DNA of 64,000 bases, taken from contig JAVKOQ020000004.1 of the NCBI GenBank assembly GCA_031835245.2, positions 124,001 through 188,000 on the forward strand. The letters run 5' to 3'. Position 1 is the first letter of the stretch, and the number at the start of each line of letters is the position of its first letter. Position numbers and translations under genes: made by a program. The notes below the pieces were generated by a model. That model did no database searches and had not been told where the DNA came from. It saw only the letters and a list, made by a program, of their open reading frames with translations. This document shows, piece after piece, positions 52,237 to 64,000 of this stretch. This stretch comes from Balamuthia mandrillaris. Lineage: Eukaryota.

Positions 52237-53731
52237 ATGCCAACGGACTCCAATTTCGGAAGTGTAAGGTACAAACAAATGATTGTTACCATACCTCGCT
52301 TCGTTTGATGTTTTGAAAAGCGGCTTTCTCACATTGAAATTTTTATTTAAAAAAATCGACAGTAACTTCCGGACGTTTGCAAATGTTGTCAAGAGTTACA
52401 TTGGGGTGGGCCTTCTTGCTCTTCCGTACGCCTTCAAGCTTGGTGGTGCCCTTGTACGATTCGACCTTCTCGTTCCTCGCTTTCTCTTTCTTGTCGTTTC
52501 TTTCTTGTCGTTTCTTTCTTTCTTGTCGTTTCTTTCTTTCTTTCTTTCTTGTCGTTTCTTTCTTTCTTTCTTGTCTATCCTTCCGTTCTTCTCACAACTG
52601 AACTCCAACGAAAAAAACAACTAATAAACATACAGGTAGGAGTAGTGGGGTATTTTGTGGTTGGAGCCATGGCGCTGCATTGCATGCATCTCTTGCTGAG
52701 ATGCAAAAGACATTTGGCACAACAGGACCGAGTCGAGCGGCGACTAAGAGACTATAACAACAACAAACGGGAAGAAGAAGGAGAAGAAAGACAGGAACAG
52801 GCAACAAAATTGAAGCAAAAGCAGGAGAAGAAGAACGTGGGAGAAAAAGCGTTCAAGTACGAAAAGTTGGAGTGGAAGGAAGCAAAGGAGCAAGGAGGAG
52901 AAGAAGAAGGGAATGAAAAAGTGGGCAGGAAAGAAAAAGAGAGAGAAGAAGACGAAGAGGAGTATGAGGCACGAGAGGAGGAAGATGAAGCAAATGGAGG
53001 CTTGTGTGAGGAAGGCGGGTTGTGCCCATTGGAAGAGTTAAACGATGATGATGATTTGTTATTGGAGCAGGGTCCTACTTCTGTTGAGACTTTTACTGAT
53101 GTTGGTGAGTGGCTTTTATTTTTTGTTTTTGCTTCTATCTTCTGTGTTTTTACGTTTTCTTTTTTTTTTAAATCAATAGGAAGAAAGGCGTTTGGGCGGA
53201 TAGGAGCATTAAGGTATCTCTTCATTCCACTCACTTTACGTTTTAGTTACCAATTTTGCAAACTCGTTCTTTTGTTCCATTAGCGTGGATATAAGCTTGT
53301 TAAGTTCTCATATCGGTTTGAAATCCTTTCTCTTGCTCTGCTCATTCGCGATCCCTCTTCTCTACTTCTCACTTAAAAAAAAACGAATAGGCTTTTGTTG
53401 CATCTACATCATCTTTTTGGGTGACAATCTTCACTCATTGGCTCCTTTTCTTCCATCCTCCGTTTGGGCCATGCTCACCATAGTCCCTCTCGTGTTGCTC
53501 TGCTGGCTTCGCTCCTTCAAGCTGTTGGCCCCATTCAGCCTCATCGCAGTTTTGTTTTGTCTCTTTGGGTTTGCTGTAATTTTGTTTTATGGCATTTTTT
53601 TGAGAGATGAGGAAGAAGGCGGACGAGAGTTCCCAAACGACAGCGTCAAAGCGTACTTTGACTCATGGAAGGACTTTCCTATCTTTCTCTCTCTTACTAT
53701 TTATGCATTTGAGGGTATTGGATTGGTTTGT

Positions 53732-53762
<31 letters not shown>

Positions 53763-54859
53763 CCTTTATTTTTTTTTGTCCTATGCTTCTGCTCCTCTCT
53801 CTTCTATCTCTGCCTCTCTTTTCTGTAAATAACTTATCTTCTATGTTTGTTTAACAGGTGATACCGATGGAAAGTGCAGCAAAGGACAAGAAAAACTTTC
53901 CTCGGCTGTATACAGCGGGTTTGTCTTTTGTAATGACGCTCTATTTAACTTTTGGGCTCTTGGGATATCTTTCTTTTGGGGAGGGCACCAAAACCATGGC
54001 CATCCTCAACCTACCGAATTCTGCTCCTCTGGTCACAATCTTGAAATTGGGTTTCATTGGTTCGCTCTCCTTTCTCTTTCTTTCTTTTTCTCCCCACGTT
54101 ATTCTTAACAGAAACATGTTTTTCTCTCTTTAATCTTTAAGTGACGGCATTAGTTTCGTACCCTCTTTACATGTTTCCAGTGGTGGAACGATTAGAATGT
54201 CTTCTCTTCGGCTCTTCTCTCAATCGTAGCAATGCTGACAACACCAACCATAACCACACCAATGTCCTTATCATCAATCCTCTTCCTTCTCATGTCCCTT
54301 TTTCTCCTTCTTCTTCCAACAAATCCGACGAAGACATAGAATTGAACAACGTTTCTCCATCAACCATTTCTTTTTCCCCTCTTCATGAACAACAAACCGT
54401 GGAAGGAACGACCAAAAGCAGCAACGAAGAAGAAATAATAACAGTTCAGATGAACTGCTTTCAACGCTTCAAGCTGGAGACGGCATGTTATGCGTTTCGT
54501 GTGGTGATGGTGTTGAGCACTGTGGGCATCGCCATTGCTGTTCCCGAATTCGATCTCGTCACTTCTCTGATTGGTACCTCTTTCTCTTTTCTTCTCTTTT
54601 CTCTTCTCTTTCGTCGTTTCTCTTTCCTCTTGTCTCTTTCTCTTTTTCCAACAACAAAACACAAAAAGGTTCGGTATGCTCAACGACGATGGCGTTTGTC
54701 ATCCCAGCTCTCTTCCACTACCGCCTGTTCCCACACAACAGCCGGTGGGTCCAAGCAAAGGACCTGACGTTGGTGGTTTGGGGCATAGCCGCCTCCCTGC
54801 TTTGCACTTCCCTCACCCTCGTTTCTCTCTACGAACGTCTTTTTGGCTCTTCTGCTTAA
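52237..54859 (+). CDS. Amino acid/auxin permease (AAAP; SLC36/AVT3-like) transporter, multi-exon
   Basis: FANVVKSYIGVGLLALPYAFKLGG, GFCCIYIIFLGDNL, IYAFEGIGL|VIPME, LVSYPLYMFPV and SLIG|SVCSTTMAFVIPA. Confidence 0.93.
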
Positions 54860-54906
54860 AAATTTATTTATAGTAACAGAAAGTGAACGGAAAGTCTCTT
54901 TCTTCT

Positions 54907-55317
54907 TCAATCATCCCATTCTTGTCCATCGTCTTCATCCTTCCACTCATCCTCTTCGTTCTCTTCTTCCTCCTTCTCTTTTTCTTTGTCTTTGTGTTGG
55001 TCTTGCAGCAACATGTTCCGAAAGTTGGACAACAAGTGCTGGTTAGCGTGGTCCACAGCCGTGATCTCGTACTCCCCTTGCGTTTGGGGGTCCCGAAGCG
55101 CCTCTCCGGCGTTCTTGCGGAGCGTCTCCCCGTCCTTCAGCGCCCCTTCCTCCTCGTCCAACCCCAACTGTTTTTTGACCTCCTCGACGTCCCGCTCGAT
55201 CGCGGCGAGCTCCTCCTGGGCCATGACCTCCTCCAAGTCGCCATAGTCCGGCTCCTTGGGTTGCCGGTACTCCATGCGCAGCAGCATGTTCCGCAGGGTT
55301 TCCTTTGTCAAGGCCAT
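54907..55317 (-). CDS. Hypothetical acidic protein (136 aa, intronless)
   Basis: ATG-initiated ORF with GC-rich third positions and an acidic tail; TGTCGACT 56 bp upstream. Confidence 0.6.
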   Translation of the reverse strand: MALTKETLRNMLLRMEYRQPKEPDYGDLEEVMAQEELAAIERDVEEVKKQLGLDEEEGALKDGETLRKNAGEALRDPQTQGEYEITAVDHANQHLLSNFRNMLLQDQHKDKEKEKEEEENEEDEWKDEDDGQEWDD

Positions 55318-55628
55318 CTTCTCTTCTCTTCTCTTCTCCTTTTCTTTTCTTTTATTCTTTTATTTTCTTTTTTGTCGACTTAGTTCATTTATTAATGAAA
55401 TTAATCGCAACCTCATAGAAATAGACCTCATATATGGAAGTGGAGCAACCTCTAAAGTGAAGTTCAAACTACGATAATATTCTAGATAATTTTCAACATA
55501 ATATGGAAACTAAATTTTCGACAAACTCATAGAATCAGACCTCATAGATTCGCGTTATTCGAGAGTTGCATATCTCAACATTCTCACTCCACCCTGTTTG
55601 GCCCTGAAGCACAACAAAATGTATGGCA

Positions 55629-57170
55629 TCAGGGATGTGAGCTACGGTCAGCCAGCCACACCAGCACATGATGATGCCCTTTCGCTGCTGCAAAGCTTTC
55701 CAGGCGAGACACGTTCCAATCACAGTCGTCCTGTTCGGCTGCCCATTTCAGCACATGCAAGTACCCTTCTAAGGCCGCTGCCTCGCAAGCTTCCACTAGG
55801 AACAAGCATCCCTGCGCTTTGGCCCATTTCACCACTTCCAACTCTCCTCTTTTGCCCACTTTCCTGGACATCCGCCATATCGCATTCCTACGTTCCCCGC
55901 CATCATTCCAAGCGCAGCCGTTCTCTATCATCCACTTCACCACCTTCCACTGTCTTTTCCTCACTGCAACATCCAGACAGGTACTGTCATCCCAAGGGCA
56001 GCCATTTGCTCTCGCCCACTTCAACACCTCCAAGTGTCCTTCCTCCGCCGCTGCCTTGCACACCCGCCAATCCCAAGGGCAGCCCTTCTCTCTTGCCCAC
56101 TTCAACACCTCCAAGTGTCCTCCGTCCGCTGCTGCAACACATACAAACGTCTCCCACCAAGGGCAACCGTGCTGTCTCGCCCATTTCAGCACCTCCAAAT
56201 GGCCGTTTGATGCCGCTTCATCGCAGGTTGTCTCGCTCCATTCGCAGCCATGTTCCCGAGCCCATTTCAGCACTTCAAGGTGTCCGTTCTTTGCAGCGTA
56301 ATTGCAGACGTCCCCATCCCACGGGCAGCCGTTTTCATGAAGCCACATAAGCACGTCCAGGTGGCCCTTCTCCGCTGCGCGGGCACATGCTTTTTCGTTC
56401 CAATCACATCCATTGTCTCTGGCCCATCGCAGCACTTCCAAATGTCCATTCCTGGCTGCTTTGCTACTCACCCTTGCATCCCAAGGGCAACCGTTCTCTC
56501 TTGCCCACTTCAACACCTCCAAGTGTCCTCCCTTCGCTGCTGCAGCACAGGCCCGGTAGTCCCAAGGGCACCCCCTTTCTCGTACCCACTTCAGCACCTC
56601 CAACTGTCCCTTCAAAGCTGCCTCACTGCACACCATGGCGTTCAAGGATAAGCCTTTTGCGTGAGCCCATTTCAGCATTTCAAAGCTACCAAGGTAGGCA
56701 TGCACATCGTGGCTACCACACCCCCAGAAGCAACGCTTTTCTACAAACAACCACTGCACCATTTCCAACCGCCCGCTTCGCGCCGCTGTGTGGCAGATGC
56801 TGTGATACCAGGTACAGCCTTGCTCGTTAAGCCACTTGAGTGCCTCCAAATGTCCTCCTGCTGCTGCTGCCTCACAGAGGTCCGGGTGGAACGGCATTCC
56901 ACACTCCTCGCGCAGCCACTTCAGCACCGCCAAGTCCCCTTGTCCAGCTGCCGCCTGACAGGTCGCTTTGCCCAGGGGACAGGCTTGGTCCCTCACCGCC
57001 CACCGCAACAGCTTCAGGTCCCGGCAGAGAGCAGCCAAGCCAAACCGATTCCTTCGGTGCTGCGGTGTGCAAGCGAACCAGCGCCTGCACGTCCTTGCGG
57101 CAATGGCTTGGGTGCCCTTGGGCAGCATCCCCAGCGCGTAGCTCACCAGCTCTTCCGGCAACGCCTCCAT
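55629..57170 (-). CDS. Intronless F-box-like plus ankyrin-repeat protein of the GHLEVLKWARENGCPWD type (common in giant viruses and some protists)
   Basis: N-terminal LPEELVSYALGML...AARTCRRW; more than 12 repeats of C..AA..GHLEVLKWA...GCPWD; ATG 57170. Confidence 0.9.
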   Translation of the reverse strand: MEALPEELVSYALGMLPKGTQAIAARTCRRWFACTPQHRRNRFGLAALCRDLKLLRWAVRDQACPLGKATCQAAAGQGDLAVLKWLREECGMPFHPDLCEAAAAGGHLEALKWLNEQGCTWYHSICHTAARSGRLEMVQWLFVEKRCFWGCGSHDVHAYLGSFEMLKWAHAKGLSLNAMVCSEAALKGQLEVLKWVRERGCPWDYRACAAAAKGGHLEVLKWARENGCPWDARVSSKAARNGHLEVLRWARDNGCDWNEKACARAAEKGHLDVLMWLHENGCPWDGDVCNYAAKNGHLEVLKWAREHGCEWSETTCDEAASNGHLEVLKWARQHGCPWWETFVCVAAADGGHLEVLKWAREKGCPWDWRVCKAAAEEGHLEVLKWARANGCPWDDSTCLDVAVRKRQWKVVKWMIENGCAWNDGGERRNAIWRMSRKVGKRGELEVVKWAKAQGCLFLVEACEAAALEGYLHVLKWAAEQDDCDWNVSRLESFAAAKGHHHVLVWLADRSSHP

Positions 57171-57438
57171 TCCTCTCGCAAACTGCAAAGCGTGAGGAGG
57201 ACCAATAATTTTGTTGCGGTGGGAAAATATCGAATGTCAAGTGCGCTAATTTTCTGTTGAAAAAAAATTAAAATTTTGAAAATATTTACAAAATTTCTAG
57301 AAAAATTTCAATGTAATAAGAAATATTTTCAGAAGAATTGGAATTTTTTTTTAATTTTTTTCTATTTTTTTCAAAAGAAAAGCTTCTCTGTTGATAATCG
57401 ATATTTTTTTCCAAAGAAAGTGAAGAAAAAGATAAGGG

Positions 57439-58842
57439 ATGAAGCCGCTGGTCCTGTCGAGCGTCGGCTCCACGGCGCTCTGCGGGAGGAGCGACAGCGA
57501 CGCCGAGCGAGCCCGCGCCTGCCGCTGCGCCGTCTTCTACGCCTGCCAGTGCCGCCGCCGCTTTGGCATCGCCCAGCTCTTCTACTGCCAGCAATGCAGC
57601 CAGGTGCGCTGCCCCTTTTGCGTGAGCGAGGAGATCGACTCGCACTACTGCCCCAACTGCTTGGACAACATGACCAGCTATGACGCCCTCCTTTTCAAAA
57701 ACAGGTTCGTCTTTCTCCGTCTCACACACTCGCACACACTCTGGTAAAAAATGCTGATTTGAAAATGCTCTCTCTCACACACAAAATCAACATTAGATGT
57801 AAAAAGTGTTTCCAGTGCCCCAATTGCTTCTCTGCGCTGACATTCGCGCAAAAGAGCGCAAAGAGTCCCTCAGCCGCCTCCGAGGAGGCCGCGCGGTTGG
57901 TCTACTTTCACTGCGGCTTTTGTCGGTGGAACTCGCTCTCCACGGAGGGACTCCAGGCGGAGAATCCGTCCACTCTCATCAGTACGTTTTCTTTTCTGTG
58001 TAAAAACATACTTCTTACTTACCTACTTCTTTGATGCTATGCAGCAAACTACATTCGAATGGAAAGAGGAGACGCCCTTCAAACGGCGATGGACGAACTG
58101 GTGAAGGGCTACAAAGCAAAGGCGCGAGAGACTCGCCTTCTCCTCCGCGCCCAACGCTTCTCTCGAGCAACTGCTGTTCCTTCTTCCATCAGCTCTCTCT
58201 TCTCCGCACCCTCTTCCTCCCCTTCGCTTTCTTCTTCTTCATCTTCTGCAAAGAACAAGTATGATGGCGATGAAAATGAAGAAGACGATGATGACGCGAT
58301 CTCTTTGAAAGACAAGAACAACGAGGATGATGAGTTCTCTTCCTTTTTGCATCGTCATTATCCGATTACCGTGCAAGAAGTGGAAGAGCAGCTCAAAGAA
58401 CGTGAGGAGAAGTTAACGCTGCAAGGACGCAAAAAGGAGTTTGCCGACAAGAGGAAGAAAAGAGAAGAGGACGAGATGAAGGAGGAAGACGAGGCGGCAT
58501 TGCTCAAACGACGCTTAGCTGAGAAGCACACTGAACCGAAATCTTTTGCTGTTTATAAGGAACCACGTTTGATTGGGTTTGTTTTTCTATGTTTCTGAAG
58601 TTTGTTCTTGTTTTAGATTTTGTTTTGTGCGTGTGTGTTTTTTTGTTCGTTCTGTTAGTTTTTGTTCTGTGTTGCTGGAGGATGAACAAAATGATGATAA
58701 AACTTTATCACATTACATTCTTTTACTGAGCTTTTTGCTTTGCTGAGCTTCTGCAATTCTGATGTTTCATCCTTCCTCATTGTCTATTTGTTTCCTGTCT
58801 CTGCTTATGAATGTTAATCCATTCTAACTTTCTATTTCTCCT

Positions 58843-58877
<35 letters not shown>

Positions 58878-60229
58878 GTTTGTCAAAAGAGTGGGCTATC
58901 CGCAACGCGTTCAATTGTTGACGCGACATTCTAAACGTTGTCGTCACTGCGATAAACTGCTCATTAAGCCTGATCTCATTGCCTCCAAAACCGAATTTAA
59001 GCGACAACACTCTGCCTTGTACTTATTCTTTCGCTCCTGTGTTGTGCATTTTCTTCTTGCTCTTCCTCTTCTGCATCTTTTCCTCTCCTCTTTCTTTCCT
59101 TGTTTTCAATTTGTTTTATTTTGATACTTAGAATATAATATTATCTTATTCAAAAACAGTTTTGCGGTTCCAAGAGCAACAATAGTTCCGTTTGATGCTT
59201 TCCTTCCAGATCAACCGCAAGTTATAACATTAGTGTTGGCAAATCCTATCAAGCAGAGTCTCATGCGCGTTCATATCGAACCTGATCTCAATGCTTCCAC
59301 TGTTCAAGTATGGCTTTCTTCTTTGCTCATTCTTCACCTCTTCTCTTCTGCTTCTCTTCTGCTTCTCTTCTGCTTCTCTTCTCTTCTCTTCTGCTTCTCT
59401 TCTCTTCTGCTTCTCTTCTCTTCTTTGCTTCTCTTCTCTTCTGCTTCTCTTTCTCTCTTCTCTTCTCTTCTCTTCTCTTCTCTTCTTCTCTTCTTCTCTT
59501 TCTCTTCTTCTTCTTCTTCTCTTTCTCTTCTCTTCTCTTCTCTTCTTCTCTTCTCTTCTTTCTTTCTCTTCTTTCTTCTTCTCTTCTTCTTCTTCTTCTC
59601 TTCTTCTTCTTCTTCTTCTTCTTCTCTTCTCTTCTCTTCTTCTTCTTCTTCTTCTTCTCTTCTTCTTCTTCTTCTTCTTCTTCTTCTTCTTTCTTCTCTT
59701 TCTCTCTTCTCTTCTTCTCTCTTCTTCTTCTTCTCTTCTTCTCTTCTCTTCTCTTCTCTTCTCTTCTCTTCTCTTCTCTTCTCTTCTCTTCTCTTCTCTT
59801 CTCTTCTCTTTTTGCATAGATCTAACAAGCCATTAAAACCAAACGAATAATTCAAAAAGATGGAACCATCACCAATTGAAACATTTATCGGAGTGGCGGA
59901 CGAATACGAAGACGTTTGGGAGACAGACGAATACAAAGAGCTCAAGGCCAAAGATGAGGAATGTCCCTTCCTCCTCAAACGACACTTGGACAAGGTTTAC
60001 CTTTTGGTGAAGATTATTCCAAACGAAAATGTTTCTGAGCTTAAAGTAAGTTGTCCTTCTCTCCGTTTCTGTTGTTCAGGCCTCTCACTTTTATGCAACT
60101 TTACTAACAACCCCAAACAAATGAAAACAGTTATATCTCAACATTGACGCGACTTACACGAGCCTGATAAATGGTGAACAAACCGTAAAACTTCCTCTCT
60201 CCATTCATTTTGGCTCTTTCTCCGCTTAA
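57439..60229 (+). CDS. DCTN4: Dynactin subunit 4 (p62), multi-exon
   Basis: LFYCQQCSQVRCPFCVSEEIDSHYCPNCL...KNR|CKKCFQCPNC, YFHCGFCRWNS and LLTRHSKRCRHCDKLLIKPD. Confidence 0.9.
59335..59812. repeat. About 480-bp almost pure pyrimidine (CTT/CTCTT) tract in a DCTN4 intron
   Basis: Seen directly in the sequence. Confidence 0.95.
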
Positions 60230-60247
60230 CAACACGAAAAGAAAGTA

Positions 60248-60284
<37 letters not shown>

Positions 60285-60333
60285 TTCAAGAACGGCAACA
60301 TGAATGAGGTTATACTACAAAATACCTTTTCGT

Positions 60334-62926
60334 TCAAGAAATAACAAGCTGGTCCAAACAAAGTTGAAGCTTTGCCACTATCTCCTCTGTTGTTTTGTTG
60401 ACTAACAGTTTAGTTCTGAATTAGGAGAAGAAAAGAGAGAAGCGAAACGTACGAGCATCCGAAGCAGAAGCGGCTTCATAGGTATGAGCTTTGTTGTCTC
60501 CGTGAAACTCCAGGGTGAACTGACGTGGTTTATGCTTTGAAGCTACCGCCACCCTTTTCAACTCTGTGATTTGACGAACCGGCTTTGTTGTTTTTTGTGA
60601 GAAGAACGAAGAAGAAGAAGAAGAAGAAGAAGAAGAAGAAGAAGAAGAAGAAGAAGAAGAAGAAGAAGAAGAAGAAGAAGAAGAAGAAGAAGAAGAACAA
60701 GCAGAAGAACTAGAACTAGAACTAGAAGAAGAAGAAGAAGACGAAGAAGAAGAACAAGAACAAGAACAAGAAGAAGAAGCAGAAGAAGCAGAAGAAGAAG
60801 AAGAAGAAGAAGAAGAAGAAGAAGAACAAGAAGAACAAGCAGAAGAACTAGAACTAGAACTAGAAGAAGAAGAAGAAGACGAAGACGAAGAACAAGAACG
60901 ATGAAGAAGAAGAGTGATGAAGAAGAAGATGAAGGAGAGGAAGAAGAACAAAAACAAGACGAAGAAGTGCAAGAGTAAGGACAAGGAAGACTAAGAGAGA
61001 CGGATACCCGTTTCATAGAAGATTTGCTTTTCTTGCCTTTGCCGTTGGTGAACGTGATGCGGTGGCGGTCGATGCCGATGATGCGGTCCTGCTTGCCCAG
61101 CCTTCCCAGTTTGGTTACCTCGTATTGCTAAAAGGACAAGCGCCAAAGGATCAGGAAGGAAGAAGAACGACAAAGGAGTGAAGAAGCAAGAAGCTAAGTG
61201 GAACAAAGAAAGAAGGAAGAAAGAAGAGGATTACGGTGAATCGTATTTGGCTGTAAAACTTGATAGGTGCCATCTTTGAACTCTCCTCTTTCTCCTCTTT
61301 GGCTGTTAACGTTATCCCAGCAAGCAAGGGAAGATGAGAGAGTGAGAAAGGAGTTAGCGATCGCGAAGAAGAAGGAGGGGGATGGTAAACAAAAAGAGAG
61401 GAAAGCAAAACTGAATTCTCTGAGTTGAATGGCGTTGGTGTTGAGGGATTCCACCAAGGCGTCCAGGCTCAGCGGTCCGGTGTTCTTGTCACCGATCAGC
61501 TGCAAGCAGTAGTCCTCCACCGGCAACTGCCGCTTGAAACAAACTTTGTAGAGCAGGTCCCCCACTTTCAGGTCGGCATCTGTGGAGATGGTCTTCTCGA
61601 AGAGGTCAGCCATCTCTCCAATCTCTCTTTCCTCCTCTTCCACTTCTCTCCCAAAGCCTCCTGATACGCACCAGGTATTGGTTTCGTGGCAGACAGACCT
61701 TGATGAACTTGTCCTTTCGTTGCAACCCTTTGTTATGTTCATCAGTGCCACGGCTCTTCCATGTTCCACCAAACAATGAGCGTACCTTGATAGGAAGCAT
61801 TCACGAGAAGCACAAACATGTCTCCAAACTTTACCAAAGGCAAGTCCAAGTTGATGTCTGTTTCGAGCAAAGTGAAGAGCATGAGCAAAGGACGAAGCAA
61901 GTCGGAAAACGACAACAACATCGACAACAAACCAAAGTCATCTTCATCCACAGTCCCGTCGTCTTCGGCCATTCGCAAGACGTATGCTCCCGGGTCCAGG
62001 ATCAGGGATCCACCTCTCTTTTCCTCCTCGCACTTTTTCAACACCATCTCGATGACTTTGTGCCCTGTCGTCTCCTCGTGGACCTTATTGAAAACATAAA
62101 GAGAAAGGATGAAGAGATGAGAAGAACGAGGAACGAAGGAACAATGAGTATAAAACTGAAGAAGGTGTACCCGGAACCGCAGAGGTGAGCTCTCGCTGGG
62201 AAGAAAGATTGTGAGCTCTACAGAGGACTGCCGCTCCCGCAACTGAATGAGTTCCACCGTCTCGGTCATCAAGGAATAGACCGAATGGTTGATGGGTTTC
62301 ACTTCTTCTTTGGCAAAAGAAAGGGTGGAAGAAGAAGCCACCGAAACCGGTAAGGCTTCTTTCTTCAGTATTCCTGTTTTGTTCTGTTTACTTTCCGTTT
62401 TCGTGTGGTCCTCTTTGTTCTTGCCTTGGGTGGTACTCTTGTCAACCAGTTCTTGTGTTTCCTTTGCGTTGTTGCCTGCTGCGTTCTGCTTTGTCTCCAC
62501 AGCTGTAATTGAAAGTTGTTTATGATCGGCAAAACGAACTGCTCTGGATGCAGAGGTGCCCGGTTCGTGCCATCCATCTTTGTTGCTCTCCGACGCCGAG
62601 CGGGATCGAGAGGATGAAGGAGCAGGTTTGTTTGCAGAGACGCGGGAAGATGACTTTGTTGGATTAGTTTGTTGTGTTTGCTTCTCACGCAATAGTTTCT
62701 GTTGTTCTGAATACTTCAAAAAAAGTATAGAGTAAGAAAAAACAGACCCAACAGAAACGAGAACAAAAATATACTTTTTCCAGACTGGAACTCATCTCCA
62801 TTGTCTTTGGGGAACGAGCCGGGTTGAAGAGGAGGTCCGCCACCTCGTCAAAGCGATTTTGATCCACGTAGACGTTCCTCTTTTCCCTCAACACGTCCAA
62901 CGCGTGCGAAAAGTCGCCCACTCCCA

Positions 62927-62930
<4 letters not shown>
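60334..62930 (-). CDS. SIN1: TORC2 subunit SIN1/Avo1/RIP3-like (CRIM, RBD-like and PH domains), multi-exon
   Basis: CRIM-like YVLRMAEDDGTVDEDDF...DINLPLVKFG; RBD-like VGDLLYKVCFKRQLPVEDYCL; PH-like KLGRLGKQDRIIGIDRHRI and HTYEAASASDA|QEIVAKL. Confidence 0.75.
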
Positions 62931-62987
<57 letters not shown>

Positions 62988-63128
62988 AATTAGCAATTGA
63001 GCGAAACGACGCGCTGTGCACGCGTGGACCTGATTTTGTCGTCTATCTCAGCACTCTTTGTGTAGCAGTGGTTGTGTCGACAGTAATTATCCAATACAGC
63101 AAAAAATATTACACAGAAGAAAAAGCAA

Positions 63129-64000
63129 ATGCAACAACCGCTTCCTCCTTTGCCTCCTCTTCCTTCTTATGCTTCTTCTTTTTCTTCTTCAACACCAGTT
63201 CCTCCACTCCCTGCCATTCCCTCTGGGACGACTTTAGCACCTTCTTCCACACCAAATTGGAGGCCTCTGCCTCCTCCTCCTCCTTCTTCTTCAACCTCTT
63301 CTTCATTCCATGTAAATGCTTCTTCTTCTTTCTCAGAGAAACCTCTTCCTCCTTTACCTCCTCCTCCTTCTTCTTCTTCATCTTCTGCTGCTACCATCGC
63401 TCCTGCTGTTGACAGCAATAGTGGGATCTCGTTTGAGGAAGGAAGGAGGCAAGCCAGAGCATTGGCGCCCCTTCTGCTCTCTCCGGTTTACTTGTGGAGG
63501 ATGGAGAGAGGGTTCACTTCCCAGGTGTTGGAGCGTCACCCTTGTTCTCTTGTATTGACAACAACTCATGAAGAAGAAGGTATAAAGCAGCTCTTCTTTA
63601 TGCTATAATTTTCAGGTTTCTTTTTTTTATGTTTTTTTTCTTTTTCTTTTTCTTTTTTTTTTCTTTTCTTTTTTCTTTTTTTTCTTTTTTTTCTTTTTCT
63701 TTTTTTCTTTTTTTTTCTTTTTCTTTTTCTTCTTATCATTTTGTTAAAAATAAAACGAACAGGTTTATGTTTGATGGAAGCCTCTTCCTCTTCTCCTCTT
63801 TCTTCTTATTCTGCTGCTTCTTCGATGGGACGTGCTGGCTTCAAACTGGTTTTTCCACAGGACGAGCCTTCCTGTCTCTCTGTGAATGACACGGACTACA
63901 TACTCCGTTCCAACGATCAACAATTCTATCTTCTTCGATTGGAATTGTACGTATCATAGAGTACCTTCTTCTTTTTACTACTTCCTCTTCTTCTCCTCCT
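63129..64000 (+). CDS. Partial gene with Pro/Ser-rich N-terminus, product unknown
   Basis: ATG 63129; exon ends at ...HEEE|GTATA; next exon ~63763-63946; runs off the window. Confidence 0.55.

Noticed and set aside
55405..55550. Imperfect ~21-bp direct repeat CTCATAGAA..AGACCTCATA (55411 and 55526) as a CRISPR repeat or ankyrin-gene TSD
   Set aside because: Only two copies, both on the same side of the gene; eukaryotic context with no cas genes

Overview
Gene-dense, intron-rich eukaryotic DNA. Introns are short GT-AG type and filled with CT/CTT/TTTG microsatellites. Gene content and style suggest a free-living amoebozoan such as Balamuthia; this is inference, not tested. About 20 protein genes can be assembled by eye: a giant HECT E3 ligase, a PMS1-like MutL, Tom7, NDUFAF4-like, RhoGAP, NDUFA1-like, a sedolisin/TPP1, an F-box/LRR, a KDEL thioredoxin, a PRXL2/SelU-like protein, short RNase Z, threonine aldolase, an AAAP transporter, an F-box/ankyrin of giant-virus type, dynactin p62 and SIN1. 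There are also two identical tRNA-Gly(GCC) genes and a decayed Ty1/copia element. Four observations stand out. (1) An intact, spliced eukaryotic gene encodes a bacterial-type TcmP (three-Cys-motif partner, SAM-methyltransferase-like) protein with added coiled-coil, NLS-like and D-box-like tails; two tandem relic paralogues follow it, one split by the copia element. (2) A selenoprotein is hidden from the ORF track: an in-frame TGA in a UxxC motif plus a type II SECIS in the 3' UTR. (3) A palindromic TGTCGACA motif recurs just upstream of many start codons. (4) Two inverted duplications sit in a pseudogenic region. All family calls are motif recognition by eye; no searches were run, and exon boundaries are manual.
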